Origin: a virus
Virus record (IMG/VR): IMGVR_UViG_3300008259_000009
Length of the DNA stretch: 64,000 nucleotides
Reading direction: 5' to 3' (one strand)
Part shown: piece after piece, positions 8,422-17,733 of the stretch
How the letters are laid out: each line of letters starts with the position of its first letter
Position numbering within the stretch: position 1 is the stretch's first letter
Program-made: the position numbers and the translations under genes
The notes under the pieces: generated by a model
What the model was told of the DNA's origin: nothing
The model's database searches: none
Seen by the model: the letters and a program-made list of their open reading frames with translations, nothing else

Positions 8422-10248
8422 TTAACTATTTAGAAGTTTATCCAATTGAGACTCTATATCCCCTAAAGAATTCTTAGCTTTAGATAAATCAATGAAAGAA
8501 TCGTCTTCGGTTAAATTATCACTTTCTAATAATATTTTTAAATTATCTCTCCTCTCAAAAGATTCAGGTGTTACTCCCGCTTCACCACCTGGTGGTGGTC
8601 CTGGAGGTGGTGGAGGACCTCCTATTTCACCACCTAATCCACCCATGTCTCCACCAGGAGGAGGTGGAGGTGTTGCCGCAGCATTTTGAGTTCCGCCTGA
8701 TTTATTACCATATAATTTATCAATATTATCAAACACACCTGTGTGAGTTATTATTGTTGCGGTATTTGTTAATTCAGCGCCAACTGCTTTCTCAATTCTT
8801 TGTTGTTGTAAATCAAGTTTAATTTCTTCATCTGAAAACCCTAAAATATGTTTTTTAGCCCAAGAAACTGAAACAGGGGCAATACCCTCAATACCAGCAA
8901 CCGCATCTTTATATAATAATATTTTTTCTTTCCAAATATCAACTTTCAATAAATCAGCTTGTGAAGAAGGGTTGGTTAATCCTAATGTGAAGTTTGATAA
9001 TTCATCTTCAAACCCTAATAAGAATAAATGAACAATTGCAATTTTATTTAATTCGGCAATCATACATTTTTGAATTCTGTTAATGGTTCTTGCAAATCGG
9101 ATATCCATTAAAGATAAATCTTTACCTCCACCAACAGGTTCCTCAAATCCTAAGAATGCTTTAGGTACACGTAACGCTGTTAATAACTTCTTTTGGATAT
9201 ATTCAATATCGGCAATTTCAGCCAAGTTTTGGGCACCAGGCAATGTATCAATTGGGCTAGCCGCTGCTGGGTCACGTACAGGAATGAAGTAATCTTGGTC
9301 AACCGCCATTTGGTTAAATCTCATATCAACATTACCTGTTTGAGAATCTACAACCTGACTTCTTTTGAATTTGTTTGCAACACGTTGTACATATGGTTCA
9401 ACGTCTTTATCGTCCATATTACCAACAAATACTTTGAATACACGTCTTTCAGGGGCTCTTGATGTACGATATATTAACATCGCATCTTCAGATAACAATA
9501 ATTGTTTCCAAATACGTCTTGCTTTTTCTAACATTGACGTACCATAAGGTAATTTACGGTCATCACCTAATAAACGGAAGTGAGCAATTTCCCAAGAATT
9601 AAATTCCATATCTTTCGCTTTCCATTTAAATCTTAAACCTTTGTTTTCAACAGGCTCTTCAACATTTGCAGATTTTGCCGCCATACCTCTTTCCAAACGT
9701 TCAATTTCAATGTTTGGTAATTGCATACAACCAATAATACCTTTTTCAGCATCTAGTTTTAAATAAACAAAGTTATCACCGTACTTACAAGTGTTTCTTG
9801 TCCACATAGGTAAATTGGTGTTAACATCTAAAACATTATTAAATAAATCCGCTAAGATTGATTTAATACGTTTTGATTCTGAATATATTTGTAACATGAA
9901 CCCATTTTGGTCCACAGTTGTGGATTCTTCACCGTATATGTCTAACGCCGCAGAAATCTCAGGGGTATACTCCATTGATTCATAATCGTAGAATGAAGCC
10001 AAACGTGTTGGTTCATAATACACTGCCTGAGTATATAAGTTACTTTCAATTTTAGTCCATTGATTAGCTAAATAATAAGTTTGTTGTGCTTGTAATTTTT
10101 CCCTATCATAGTCTTGTTTTGATGTGGTTTTTAATAATTGTTCCTTATCAAACTTATAAGTGGGATAATCTTGATTTAATAACGAGTTTGGTCCAAACGC
10201 TTGAGACAATCGTTGCCAAACTGTTAGATTATTTTGTTTATTTTCCAT
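8422..10248 (-). CDS. gp20: Portal protein, T4 gp20-like
   Basis: EISAALDI, EDAMLIYRTSRAPERRVFKVFVGN, QDYFIP, IDTLPG, KLLTALRVP motifs; Pro/Gly-rich tail. Confidence 0.95.
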   Translation of the reverse strand: MENKQNNLTVWQRLSQAFGPNSLLNQDYPTYKFDKEQLLKTTSKQDYDREKLQAQQTYYLANQWTKIESNLYTQAVYYEPTRLASFYDYESMEYTPEISAALDIYGEESTTVDQNGFMLQIYSESKRIKSILADLFNNVLDVNTNLPMWTRNTCKYGDNFVYLKLDAEKGIIGCMQLPNIEIERLERGMAAKSANVEEPVENKGLRFKWKAKDMEFNSWEIAHFRLLGDDRKLPYGTSMLEKARRIWKQLLLSEDAMLIYRTSRAPERRVFKVFVGNMDDKDVEPYVQRVANKFKRSQVVDSQTGNVDMRFNQMAVDQDYFIPVRDPAAASPIDTLPGAQNLAEIADIEYIQKKLLTALRVPKAFLGFEEPVGGGKDLSLMDIRFARTINRIQKCMIAELNKIAIVHLFLLGFEDELSNFTLGLTNPSSQADLLKVDIWKEKILLYKDAVAGIEGIAPVSVSWAKKHILGFSDEEIKLDLQQQRIEKAVGAELTNTATIITHTGVFDNIDKLYGNKSGGTQNAAATPPPPPGGDMGGLGGEIGGPPPPPGPPPGGEAGVTPESFERRDNLKILLESDNLTEDDSFIDLSKAKNSLGDIESQLDKLLNS

Positions 10249-10304
10249 ATAGCAATTTTAATTCTATTTATCAATAACTAAATAGTATGTTTCTTTGATA
10301 AATA

Positions 10305-12074
10305 TTATCTAGTACCAAATAACCACCCATATCTCATATAGTCTTCGCGAGAAACTTGAGAACCCCCATTCATTTGTCTTATTCTATCTTGATAATGAGG
10401 TATAACAGGGTTAAAATCTAATGTTTTTGACGCTTCATCATTATTACTTACCGTCCAAGATTCTAACATTGATTTGGTATGTTCGGTTACTTTTGTTAAA
10501 TTACTAAACGATGACTCACCTACATAAGTAGCCATTGCGATAGACATAAGTAAGTCATCGTGTCTTCCTTTTTGGTGGTCAGGTCTACCGTTAATATATA
10601 TAAATGTATCCATTTCATTATATAAACGATGACTATATATTTTAAAATCGTGTCTCATCGCTTCTTCGTATGAAGCAATAATTTGGACACGTTTATTGTT
10701 AAAGTTAATACCTGGTATTTTTTCGGCCGATTTAGGATTGTACTTCCAAGTATTACCCAATTCTACACCATCAGTATATAAATTTTTATAACCTAATTCT
10801 TGTAATTTACGTGAGGTTGATACTCCCATACCTCCTGTAATATCTATCACAATATACGCTGAATACATATTACCCCATTTGTAACATATTTCAGCCATTG
10901 TATCTGGGGGTAATTTCCCAACAAATTCCGCAACTTGCTCACGACTATCAAAGTCAATTATTTGGAAGGAACTAAAATCTTCACTATCACCACGACTAAC
11001 GTCAACCCCCATTATGTATTTGTGACCCACAACAGGTTCTTTCCAAATCCATAATTGATTACCCAACATTTTATTTTGAGGTTCTAATAAGTAATTCTCA
11101 CGAATTTTTTGCATTAATTTTGAGTCAAATACATTATCACCTGAACCAAGAAAGTTACATTCCAACTCTTGAGAAACTTTACGTTTATCGTATTTAAGTT
11201 TCTTAACCATTCGTTCAAACCAATCAGAACACGGTTTATATCCGTTATTCATCAATTCTTTAACGTCATCAAAATTTCTTTCTGAAAATGGTTTGTCAGC
11301 CCAACTAATTATTTTTTCAGGACCATACTCCTCTTTGTTTAAAAGGTAATGAATTGCGTCATCAGTTTTAATAAAATATAGGTCACTAGTATAACGTGGG
11401 TCACGATACCAATACATTTCGGTAATTTTGAAGTCGTTCATACCACGTAATGCTTGGTCGTAAATTTCATAATAAATAGGGTCATTACCGTTAGGTGTTG
11501 AGACTACAATTACTTTACCACCCGTAGACAAGGACGCCATACAAGCTGACCAGAAGTCACCATCAGCATCAATGAAGGCCGCCTCATCAAATATTAATAT
11601 TGTTGGTGTAAACCCACGTAAGGCATCTTTGGATGTTGCAACGGCTTTCACCTCACATCCATTTGTTAATTTATAATGTTTTTGTGAATTTTTCTCAGGT
11701 GCAAATCCAACCCCAACCCAAGATGGCCATTGACCGACAAACGCACGAATTTTATTAGCCATCTCTAAAGATGTATCTAATTTATTGGCGATTATAAGAA
11801 TTTTTTCAGGTTTTTCTTTGGACGCTAAGACCAATTTTTTAGAAGACCAAGCGGCGGTAACCGTAGATACCCCCGCCTGTCTATATTTTAATGCAATGTT
11901 TTCATTGTAATTTTCGTAATCCTCTAACAAAGTAATTTGGTCAGGGAATAACTCTAGTGGGACATACTTAGAAACTGTATTGTCGTATGTCTGCAAATAT
12001 GTTCTTAATGCGTATACAGTATCTCTTTTACATTTAACATATTCTAATAATATCTGTTCTTTACTTAAAGACAT
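10305..12074 (-). CDS. gp17: Terminase large subunit, T4 gp17-like
   Basis: YRQAGVST Walker A, IFDEAAF Walker B, STPNG, GVDVSRGDSEDFS nuclease motif, HDDLLMS. Confidence 0.96.
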   Translation of the reverse strand: MSLSKEQILLEYVKCKRDTVYALRTYLQTYDNTVSKYVPLELFPDQITLLEDYENYNENIALKYRQAGVSTVTAAWSSKKLVLASKEKPEKILIIANKLDTSLEMANKIRAFVGQWPSWVGVGFAPEKNSQKHYKLTNGCEVKAVATSKDALRGFTPTILIFDEAAFIDADGDFWSACMASLSTGGKVIVVSTPNGNDPIYYEIYDQALRGMNDFKITEMYWYRDPRYTSDLYFIKTDDAIHYLLNKEEYGPEKIISWADKPFSERNFDDVKELMNNGYKPCSDWFERMVKKLKYDKRKVSQELECNFLGSGDNVFDSKLMQKIRENYLLEPQNKMLGNQLWIWKEPVVGHKYIMGVDVSRGDSEDFSSFQIIDFDSREQVAEFVGKLPPDTMAEICYKWGNMYSAYIVIDITGGMGVSTSRKLQELGYKNLYTDGVELGNTWKYNPKSAEKIPGINFNNKRVQIIASYEEAMRHDFKIYSHRLYNEMDTFIYINGRPDHQKGRHDDLLMSIAMATYVGESSFSNLTKVTEHTKSMLESWTVSNNDEASKTLDFNPVIPHYQDRIRQMNGGSQVSREDYMRYGWLFGTR

Positions 12075-12077
12075 AAA

Positions 12078-13514
12078 TTAATCCTCATCGTCTAACCAAG
12101 ACATATCACTGTCCCAATCATCTTCTTCACTTTCTTCATCATCATATTGAGGAGCATTTTGTAAGTATTCTTTAATTTCCTCAATCATTTTATTAATCAT
12201 TTTTTGGGAGCTATTATCACCTCTTAATATTGCGTCAGTCAATTTTTTCATTTCATCAGCGGATAACCTACTGAACCTGTTGAACAAATATAACTGAATG
12301 TGTCTTTTATCATCATCAAATAAATCTGAAGGAATCATGCTTTGGAATTTAGACCAAATTACAGGTCCTAATAATGAATCCCAAATTTCACCTGGTAATG
12401 TGTCTTCAGCACCTAAAACCATTTGTGCCTGTTTTTCATTTTCAGGCAAACTATCCCAAGCCATGAAATCAAGTAATCCTTTTACCAATTCGTGAACCAA
12501 TAATGGTAATGTTGGCGCTTTAGCTTTAATAACAAATGGACCACCCTCATCTTCAGGTTCTTCAAATGATGACTGACCTAATTGGCCACCACCACTACCA
12601 GCCATTTGTTCCATATCAGGATATAACCAATATAAATGTTCCATAATTGCTTGTGAAACATTGTATAGGTTCATTAATCTTGGGTCAATACTTGCAACCT
12701 CATCGTTTAATGTTTTATATAAATGACCTAAACTAAATGCCGCTCCTTGAATCATAGTGTTAACCATTCTTCTTTTACCTCTTTCACCTTCAAACGATTT
12801 TAATGCGTCTTGTTGCATTTTTTTACCGAAAACTTCCTCAGCTTGTTTTGAATCAAATTTACCACCTAATTCCTCAACTTCACGAGCAAAGTCTTCAAGT
12901 TCCTCTTTGTGTTTCTCAGCATCTTTAAACGCTTCAATAACATCTTCTTCTGAAGGTTCTTCAGCCGAAGTTCTCATACCTTCCGCTGCACCCATTGGTC
13001 CCGAAATTAATGTTGCTTCAAGTCTAACTCTTTTATTAAATGGTGGTTTGTCTAAATTAAAATGACTCGCAACCAAGTTTTCGGCTAACTCCTCAATCTC
13101 TTCTTTCTTTCTACTCTGTATTGACATAATGGTTTGCAAATCTCTCATCGCCGCCATCATCAATTGCATAAATACTTGTTGTGGATTACCCTCCACTACA
13201 CCTGACTTATCACCAAGTGCTCTTTTTACTTTCTCAACTGATTTTTTAAAACCTTCACTACCTAAAATATCAATCAATTCTTGGGACATACCATATTTGG
13301 CATATGGATTTTCACCCTTTTCAAATTTACGTTGACGTTCAGGCTCCATTCTAGCACCGCCAACTTCTGAGTAATCAATCGGAGCTTCACCAATTTCTTT
13401 CTTAACTCTTTCTAAAAGAACTTTTTCATCTTTAGTTAACCCCTCATTAACTAATTTTTTTTCTAAAGTTTTTTTTACTTTAAAAAATTTCTCCATATTT
13501 TCGTTTAAACTCAT
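12078..13514 (-). CDS. Hypothetical protein upstream of TerL
   Basis: Start reassigned to ATG at 13514 (MSLNEN), removing overlap with the upstream ORF; 478 aa. Confidence 0.75.
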   Translation of the reverse strand: MSLNENMEKFFKVKKTLEKKLVNEGLTKDEKVLLERVKKEIGEAPIDYSEVGGARMEPERQRKFEKGENPYAKYGMSQELIDILGSEGFKKSVEKVKRALGDKSGVVEGNPQQVFMQLMMAAMRDLQTIMSIQSRKKEEIEELAENLVASHFNLDKPPFNKRVRLEATLISGPMGAAEGMRTSAEEPSEEDVIEAFKDAEKHKEELEDFAREVEELGGKFDSKQAEEVFGKKMQQDALKSFEGERGKRRMVNTMIQGAAFSLGHLYKTLNDEVASIDPRLMNLYNVSQAIMEHLYWLYPDMEQMAGSGGGQLGQSSFEEPEDEGGPFVIKAKAPTLPLLVHELVKGLLDFMAWDSLPENEKQAQMVLGAEDTLPGEIWDSLLGPVIWSKFQSMIPSDLFDDDKRHIQLYLFNRFSRLSADEMKKLTDAILRGDNSSQKMINKMIEEIKEYLQNAPQYDDEESEEDDWDSDMSWLDDED

Positions 13515-13521
13515 CTTATTA

Positions 13522-14115
13522 TTATTTAATTCCAAGTGATTTTGATGATAACCAATCAGGTAATTTTGCCTTTGGTGCTGGTTTAGGTTGTTGTCTTTTA
13601 CCAGGTCTGAAAGGGTCGTTCTTATCGGGTGTTGTTTGTTTTTCTCTTTCGGGAACTTTAACAGGTGCGGGCGCAACTTCAGGTGCCTCACTCATTTCTT
13701 TATGATGTTTCGCCTTTGGTGCTGGTTTTGGTTGTTTTCTTTTACCAGGTCTGAAAGGGTCATTTTTGTCAGGACGTTTTTCGGTTTCTCTTTCTTTTTC
13801 CTTTTCTTTAGTTCTTTCCTTTTCAGGAGCAACTTCAGGAGATTCCATTATTGTTTTTATAAAATCTTTTTTTGTCATTTTTGGGAAAACCGTATTCTCA
13901 ATTATTTGAGAAAATTCATCTTCTAAAATACTTTCCCATTTTAAACTTGGCCTAATATCCGCAATTTTATTAGCCATATTTTTGTTAAATGCTTTACCAA
14001 CCATGTCCATATAACCACCTTCTTTAGCTTCAGTTTTTTTAACTTTTTTAGGTAGTCCTTTATGTTTTGTTGATGCAAAATCTTCTAAATCTTTTTCAGA
14101 CATTTTTTTAGCCAT
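13522..14115 (-). CDS. DUF3008-like protein with duplicated Pro/Lys-rich repeat
   Basis: EDFASTKHKGLP motif; PDKNDPFRPGKRxQPKPAPKAK x2. Confidence 0.6.
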   Translation of the reverse strand: MAKKMSEKDLEDFASTKHKGLPKKVKKTEAKEGGYMDMVGKAFNKNMANKIADIRPSLKWESILEDEFSQIIENTVFPKMTKKDFIKTIMESPEVAPEKERTKEKEKERETEKRPDKNDPFRPGKRKQPKPAPKAKHHKEMSEAPEVAPAPVKVPEREKQTTPDKNDPFRPGKRQQPKPAPKAKLPDWLSSKSLGIK

Positions 14116-14398
14116 ATTTTTCAGTCATTTCACCCTCTTTAGTGACAATCATTTTTTTCTGATTAGGGTCTATAGTAGCCACCCCCTGTAATTGTTTGTT
14201 AGCCAAATTCACATCAGCAGAATTACTTAAATCAAAAGTTGTAGTTGTTGAAGTTTTAGTTACCGCTTCTTTAGTTTCTTTTTTGGATTTACTCATCCTT
14301 TTATGTAAACCATCAATTTGTGATTCATTAAGGGACATAACCCAAGATGGTTTTAATCCGTAACTGATTAGTCCTAATATTTTTTCATTAGTTTTCAT
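14108..14398 (-). CDS. Hypothetical protein, possibly N-terminal half of the next ORF
   Basis: Start at MKTNEK; 8-bp overlap with 13522-14115. Confidence 0.55.
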   Translation of the reverse strand: MKTNEKILGLISYGLKPSWVMSLNESQIDGLHKRMSKSKKETKEAVTKTSTTTTFDLSNSADVNLANKQLQGVATIDPNQKKMIVTKEGEMTEKYG

Positions 14399-14798
14399 AG
14401 ACCACTTTTTTTTCAAATTCTAAAACGATATCACGTTCATATAATTTATCTTTTACTTTCTGTTCGTCATCACCAAAATTAAAAACTAATCTTTTAACTC
14501 GTGTAAAGTCAACATACTCATTTTCTTTCTCCCAAGCCAGTGCGATAACACCGTCCATAGAATCCTCCATACAAAAATAGTCAGAATTTTGAATAACTTC
14601 CAATTGTATGGTATCATTTTTCAAAACCCCGACTTTCTTTACAAATTCTAAATCGGGAGGACTTGGGTATCCATTTGAAGGTTTGGATTCCCAAGATTCT
14701 CCCCAAATCTCATCCAAAGTATCTGAGAAGATAAATTCGTAGATATTATCACCCTTATAATTTGGACCTAATTCATTTACATAAATTAAATAACTCAT
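14388..14798 (-). CDS. Hypothetical protein
   Basis: 136-aa ORF in operon. Confidence 0.75.
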   Translation of the reverse strand: MSYLIYVNELGPNYKGDNIYEFIFSDTLDEIWGESWESKPSNGYPSPPDLEFVKKVGVLKNDTIQLEVIQNSDYFCMEDSMDGVIALAWEKENEYVDFTRVKRLVFNFGDDEQKVKDKLYERDIVLEFEKKVVYEN

Positions 14799-16045
14799 AG
14801 TAGTTTATAACCACCTTTAGTTGATATTTTTAATTTTTTATCCTCAACTTCAAAAACTAAATCTTTGTTAGGTGTTTTACCAACAAGTTTTGCGGTTGGG
14901 TATTTACTCATAACTTTAGCCGAAGCCGCTTCTTGAGACTTACTTTCAGAAAGTTTTTGTATTTTAGTAAACATAGTTTCTTTTTTAGAAACACTTTCTT
15001 TAATAACTTTCTTAGTCGGTTCTTCACCAAAATATTTATTTAATACTTTATCAATTTTTGATTCAGAGAAAATTTCTTCAAACATATCCTCAACGTGATA
15101 TGATTCGTCATCAGTTAAATCATCGTGATGTATTCTTCTACGTCTAGCAAAACTTTCGGCCATTTCAGGTTCAGGAACTTCAGGTGTTTCAGGTGATAAT
15201 TCTTCACCTTCTTCATCATCCATTTCAGGTTCTTCCATATCAAAATCTTCTTCACCTTCTTCTTCACCAACACCTTCTAATTTATCCAAGATATCTTCTT
15301 TATCTTCTTCATCTAAATTATCTAATTCTAATGCCGATAAAACCGAGTTAATCACATACTTAATATCTTTTGATGTCATTTCGTTTTCTTCATCTGATAA
15401 GAACGCTCTAATTTTTTGACCTAATTTACCTGTAAGTTTTTGGATTGTTTTAAATGTAACAACATCTTCATCTTCATCTTCAGGCTCTTCCATATCAAAA
15501 TCTTCTTCGCCTTCAGGTTCTTCCATACCCATGTCTTCACCACCCATGTCAGGCATTTCTCCACCTTCAGGAGCGGGTGCAGGAGCGGGTGCGGGAGCGG
15601 GTGCAGGAGCGGGTGCGGGAGCCGCCGCAGGTGATGCTGGTTGTTCCTCAACTTCACCACCATTATTCAATTTTAAATAATATTTCGTGTCATCACTTTC
15701 GTTAAACAACGAAACATTCTTATCATATCCTTCATTAACATTAACTTCTTTAGCAATTAAGTTCAATCTTTTAAATGCTTGAGAATATGAAGAATAATAC
15801 TTTCTGTTTTTCATTGGTTCCATATAGTCATAAGACTCATTCAAACCCTTTTTAATAACATAACCATTTTTCTCTTTATCAATACGATAAGTATTACCAT
15901 CAGCTAATGTTATTTTATATTCAACAGATGTATCTTCATTTACAGATTTAGGTATATTTTCATTATATCTCGCAATTTCCATAATGCGATTTATTTTATC
16001 CATTCCCTGTAATTTTTCACTACCAATTGGTTTTATTCCTCCCAT
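14795..16045 (-). CDS. Acidic low-complexity protein, probably head-associated
   Basis: 416 aa, (AP)n linker encoded by 12-bp repeats at 15570-15622, Glu/Asp-rich; TATTTAT upstream. Confidence 0.75.
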   Translation of the reverse strand: MGGIKPIGSEKLQGMDKINRIMEIARYNENIPKSVNEDTSVEYKITLADGNTYRIDKEKNGYVIKKGLNESYDYMEPMKNRKYYSSYSQAFKRLNLIAKEVNVNEGYDKNVSLFNESDDTKYYLKLNNGGEVEEQPASPAAAPAPAPAPAPAPAPAPAPEGGEMPDMGGEDMGMEEPEGEEDFDMEEPEDEDEDVVTFKTIQKLTGKLGQKIRAFLSDEENEMTSKDIKYVINSVLSALELDNLDEEDKEDILDKLEGVGEEEGEEDFDMEEPEMDDEEGEELSPETPEVPEPEMAESFARRRRIHHDDLTDDESYHVEDMFEEIFSESKIDKVLNKYFGEEPTKKVIKESVSKKETMFTKIQKLSESKSQEAASAKVMSKYPTAKLVGKTPNKDLVFEVEDKKLKISTKGGYKLL

Positions 16046-16125
16046 TGTTTTTTGTTTTAAAAATTATTTTTATATATAAATATATTACCAAATAGAAATG
16101 TCAAAATTTTCTATGTGTAATGGTT

Positions 16126-16875
16126 TTATCTTGATTCTTTTAACGATAATTCTTTATCCGTTATTTTATTTTTTAAACCCTTTAATTTTGCCAAATATCC
16201 GTTTCGTCTTAAGACTTTAAATACTAAATTTTCATCAGAATATTCTCCTCCTTTTTGGAGTCCGCATGTACGGTATTTTCTTAACTTACTCCTATACTTA
16301 TTAATTAATTCTTTTGCATCATCAAGGTCTTCATCTTTAACATTATCAATTACACCATCAATAATATTCATCCATTGTTGTGCTTTAAATTTAACCCTTT
16401 CATTATTAAACTTAACGTCATTTTTAATTGGGGTTTCAATCCACTCATTATTTAATACTGAAAATTTTGCGATGTTTTTAACGTCATAATGTTGAGTTAT
16501 ATCCTCAACATATAATTCAACTTCATAACCGTATATAGTTATGTCGTGTTTTTTATTGTACAGTGATTTTTTAACTTTAAATAATTCTTCGTATAAAGGT
16601 TTTTCTCTATCATTAAATTGAGTAAAGTCCGCAGTGACATGTAAATCAATATCTGAATAGTCAGACCAATTATAATTAGCCAATGAACCTGACATAATAA
16701 TATCAGATATTACTAAATCAACTTCTAAAAATTCAATAAAATCGTTTGCGATTTTTAATAGACGTTCTCTAACTCTTGGTTTCATGTGATACTCACCATC
16801 TGATTCAACCCAAATGTCAGTATTCAAACTATCCTTTAATTTAAAACTTGATAATATCTTTTTGAATTCATTCAT
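16126..16875 (-). CDS. Pol-beta-type nucleotidyltransferase domain protein
   Basis: GSLANYNWSDYSDIDLH (GS-x10-DxD) motif. Confidence 0.75.
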   Translation of the reverse strand: MNEFKKILSSFKLKDSLNTDIWVESDGEYHMKPRVRERLLKIANDFIEFLEVDLVISDIIMSGSLANYNWSDYSDIDLHVTADFTQFNDREKPLYEELFKVKKSLYNKKHDITIYGYEVELYVEDITQHYDVKNIAKFSVLNNEWIETPIKNDVKFNNERVKFKAQQWMNIIDGVIDNVKDEDLDDAKELINKYRSKLRKYRTCGLQKGGEYSDENLVFKVLRRNGYLAKLKGLKNKITDKELSLKESR

Positions 16876-16905
16876 TAATAATAAATACTTAAATAAAGTA
16901 ATTTA

Positions 16906-17148
16906 TTATAATTTTTTGTATTTAAAAGATTTGGATATTTTACCGCTAAAAAATTTACCTTGGGATTCAGACATTCTAAATTGCGTGTATAGTTGATGAG
17001 GTACCTCATCGTACTCATACCTTAACCCATTTTTAAATTCAACAATCAATTTTTTAGTTTCAGTGTCATACTCAGTCTTTGTAATATTACTTGACTGAAT
17101 TTCATTTAAAATCTTAGTTCCAACGATTTCTTCTTTTAAAATTGCCAT
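16906..17148 (-). CDS. KTSC domain protein
   Basis: SSNI...YD...LIVEFKNG..YEY..VP..LY..F..SESQGKFF. Confidence 0.85.
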   Translation of the reverse strand: MAILKEEIVGTKILNEIQSSNITKTEYDTETKKLIVEFKNGLRYEYDEVPHQLYTQFRMSESQGKFFSGKISKSFKYKKL

Positions 17149-17194
17149 AATTATTTTTTTATAAAATAATATAGAATCTTATTAAAGTGTAGTA

Positions 17195-17632
17195 TTAAGC
17201 TACTTTAGTTAACGTTGCATTAAAACTCCCCTCAACACCCGCAACTTCACCAGTACCTGAAATATTTACTTGTTTTGCGTTAGTTTTAGCAGCATTTACC
17301 ATTTTTTGTAATTCTGTAGTTGGGATTTTAAAGACTTTATCGGTATTATCTTTAGCATAATATCCATTTGGACTTTTCCAAAAAGCGACAACACCAATCT
17401 TACCTTTATATATATTAATACCTAATTTAGTAACGACAACATTTATAGTATACTTAGTTTTTACCCCGTTATAAGTTAGCATAACAGGTCCTCCGTATTG
17501 CGTATTAGTTGGCGCTATTTGTACTCCACCATATTCAATCCCTTCTTTTAATACTTGTTTTTCAGATTCATTAATAACTCGTTTAACAATTTTCATTAAA
17601 TCAGACTCTGTTAATCTTATGACTTTTTTCAT
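17195..17632 (-). CDS. Hypothetical protein with shared N-terminal LTES motif
   Basis: MKKVIRLTESDLMKIVKRVINE; TATTTAT upstream. Confidence 0.75.
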   Translation of the reverse strand: MKKVIRLTESDLMKIVKRVINESEKQVLKEGIEYGGVQIAPTNTQYGGPVMLTYNGVKTKYTINVVVTKLGINIYKGKIGVVAFWKSPNGYYAKDNTDKVFKIPTTELQKMVNAAKTNAKQVNISGTGEVAGVEGSFNATLTKVA

Positions 17633-17733
17633 AATAATTTTTATTTATAAATATATCTCTTAAAAAAAAAAGAACATTTTTAACCTTTGATAATTTTAAA
17701 AAAATATTTATAATTAACTAAAAACATAACAAT

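Noticed and set aside
10305-12074. Intein or intron in terminase or other core genes
   Set aside because: Lengths and motif spacing are continuous, with no intein C/S...HN signature or frame break.
13515-13691. 59-aa N-terminal extension of ORF 12078-13691
   Set aside because: It overlaps the upstream gene in another frame; the ATG at 13514 fits the operon.
2657-13926. Many short antisense or alternate-frame ORFs in the head module (e.g. 2657-2839, 8492-8822, 9083-9985, 12298-13335, 13588-13926)
   Set aside because: They are shadows of well-supported genes and show no recognisable motifs.
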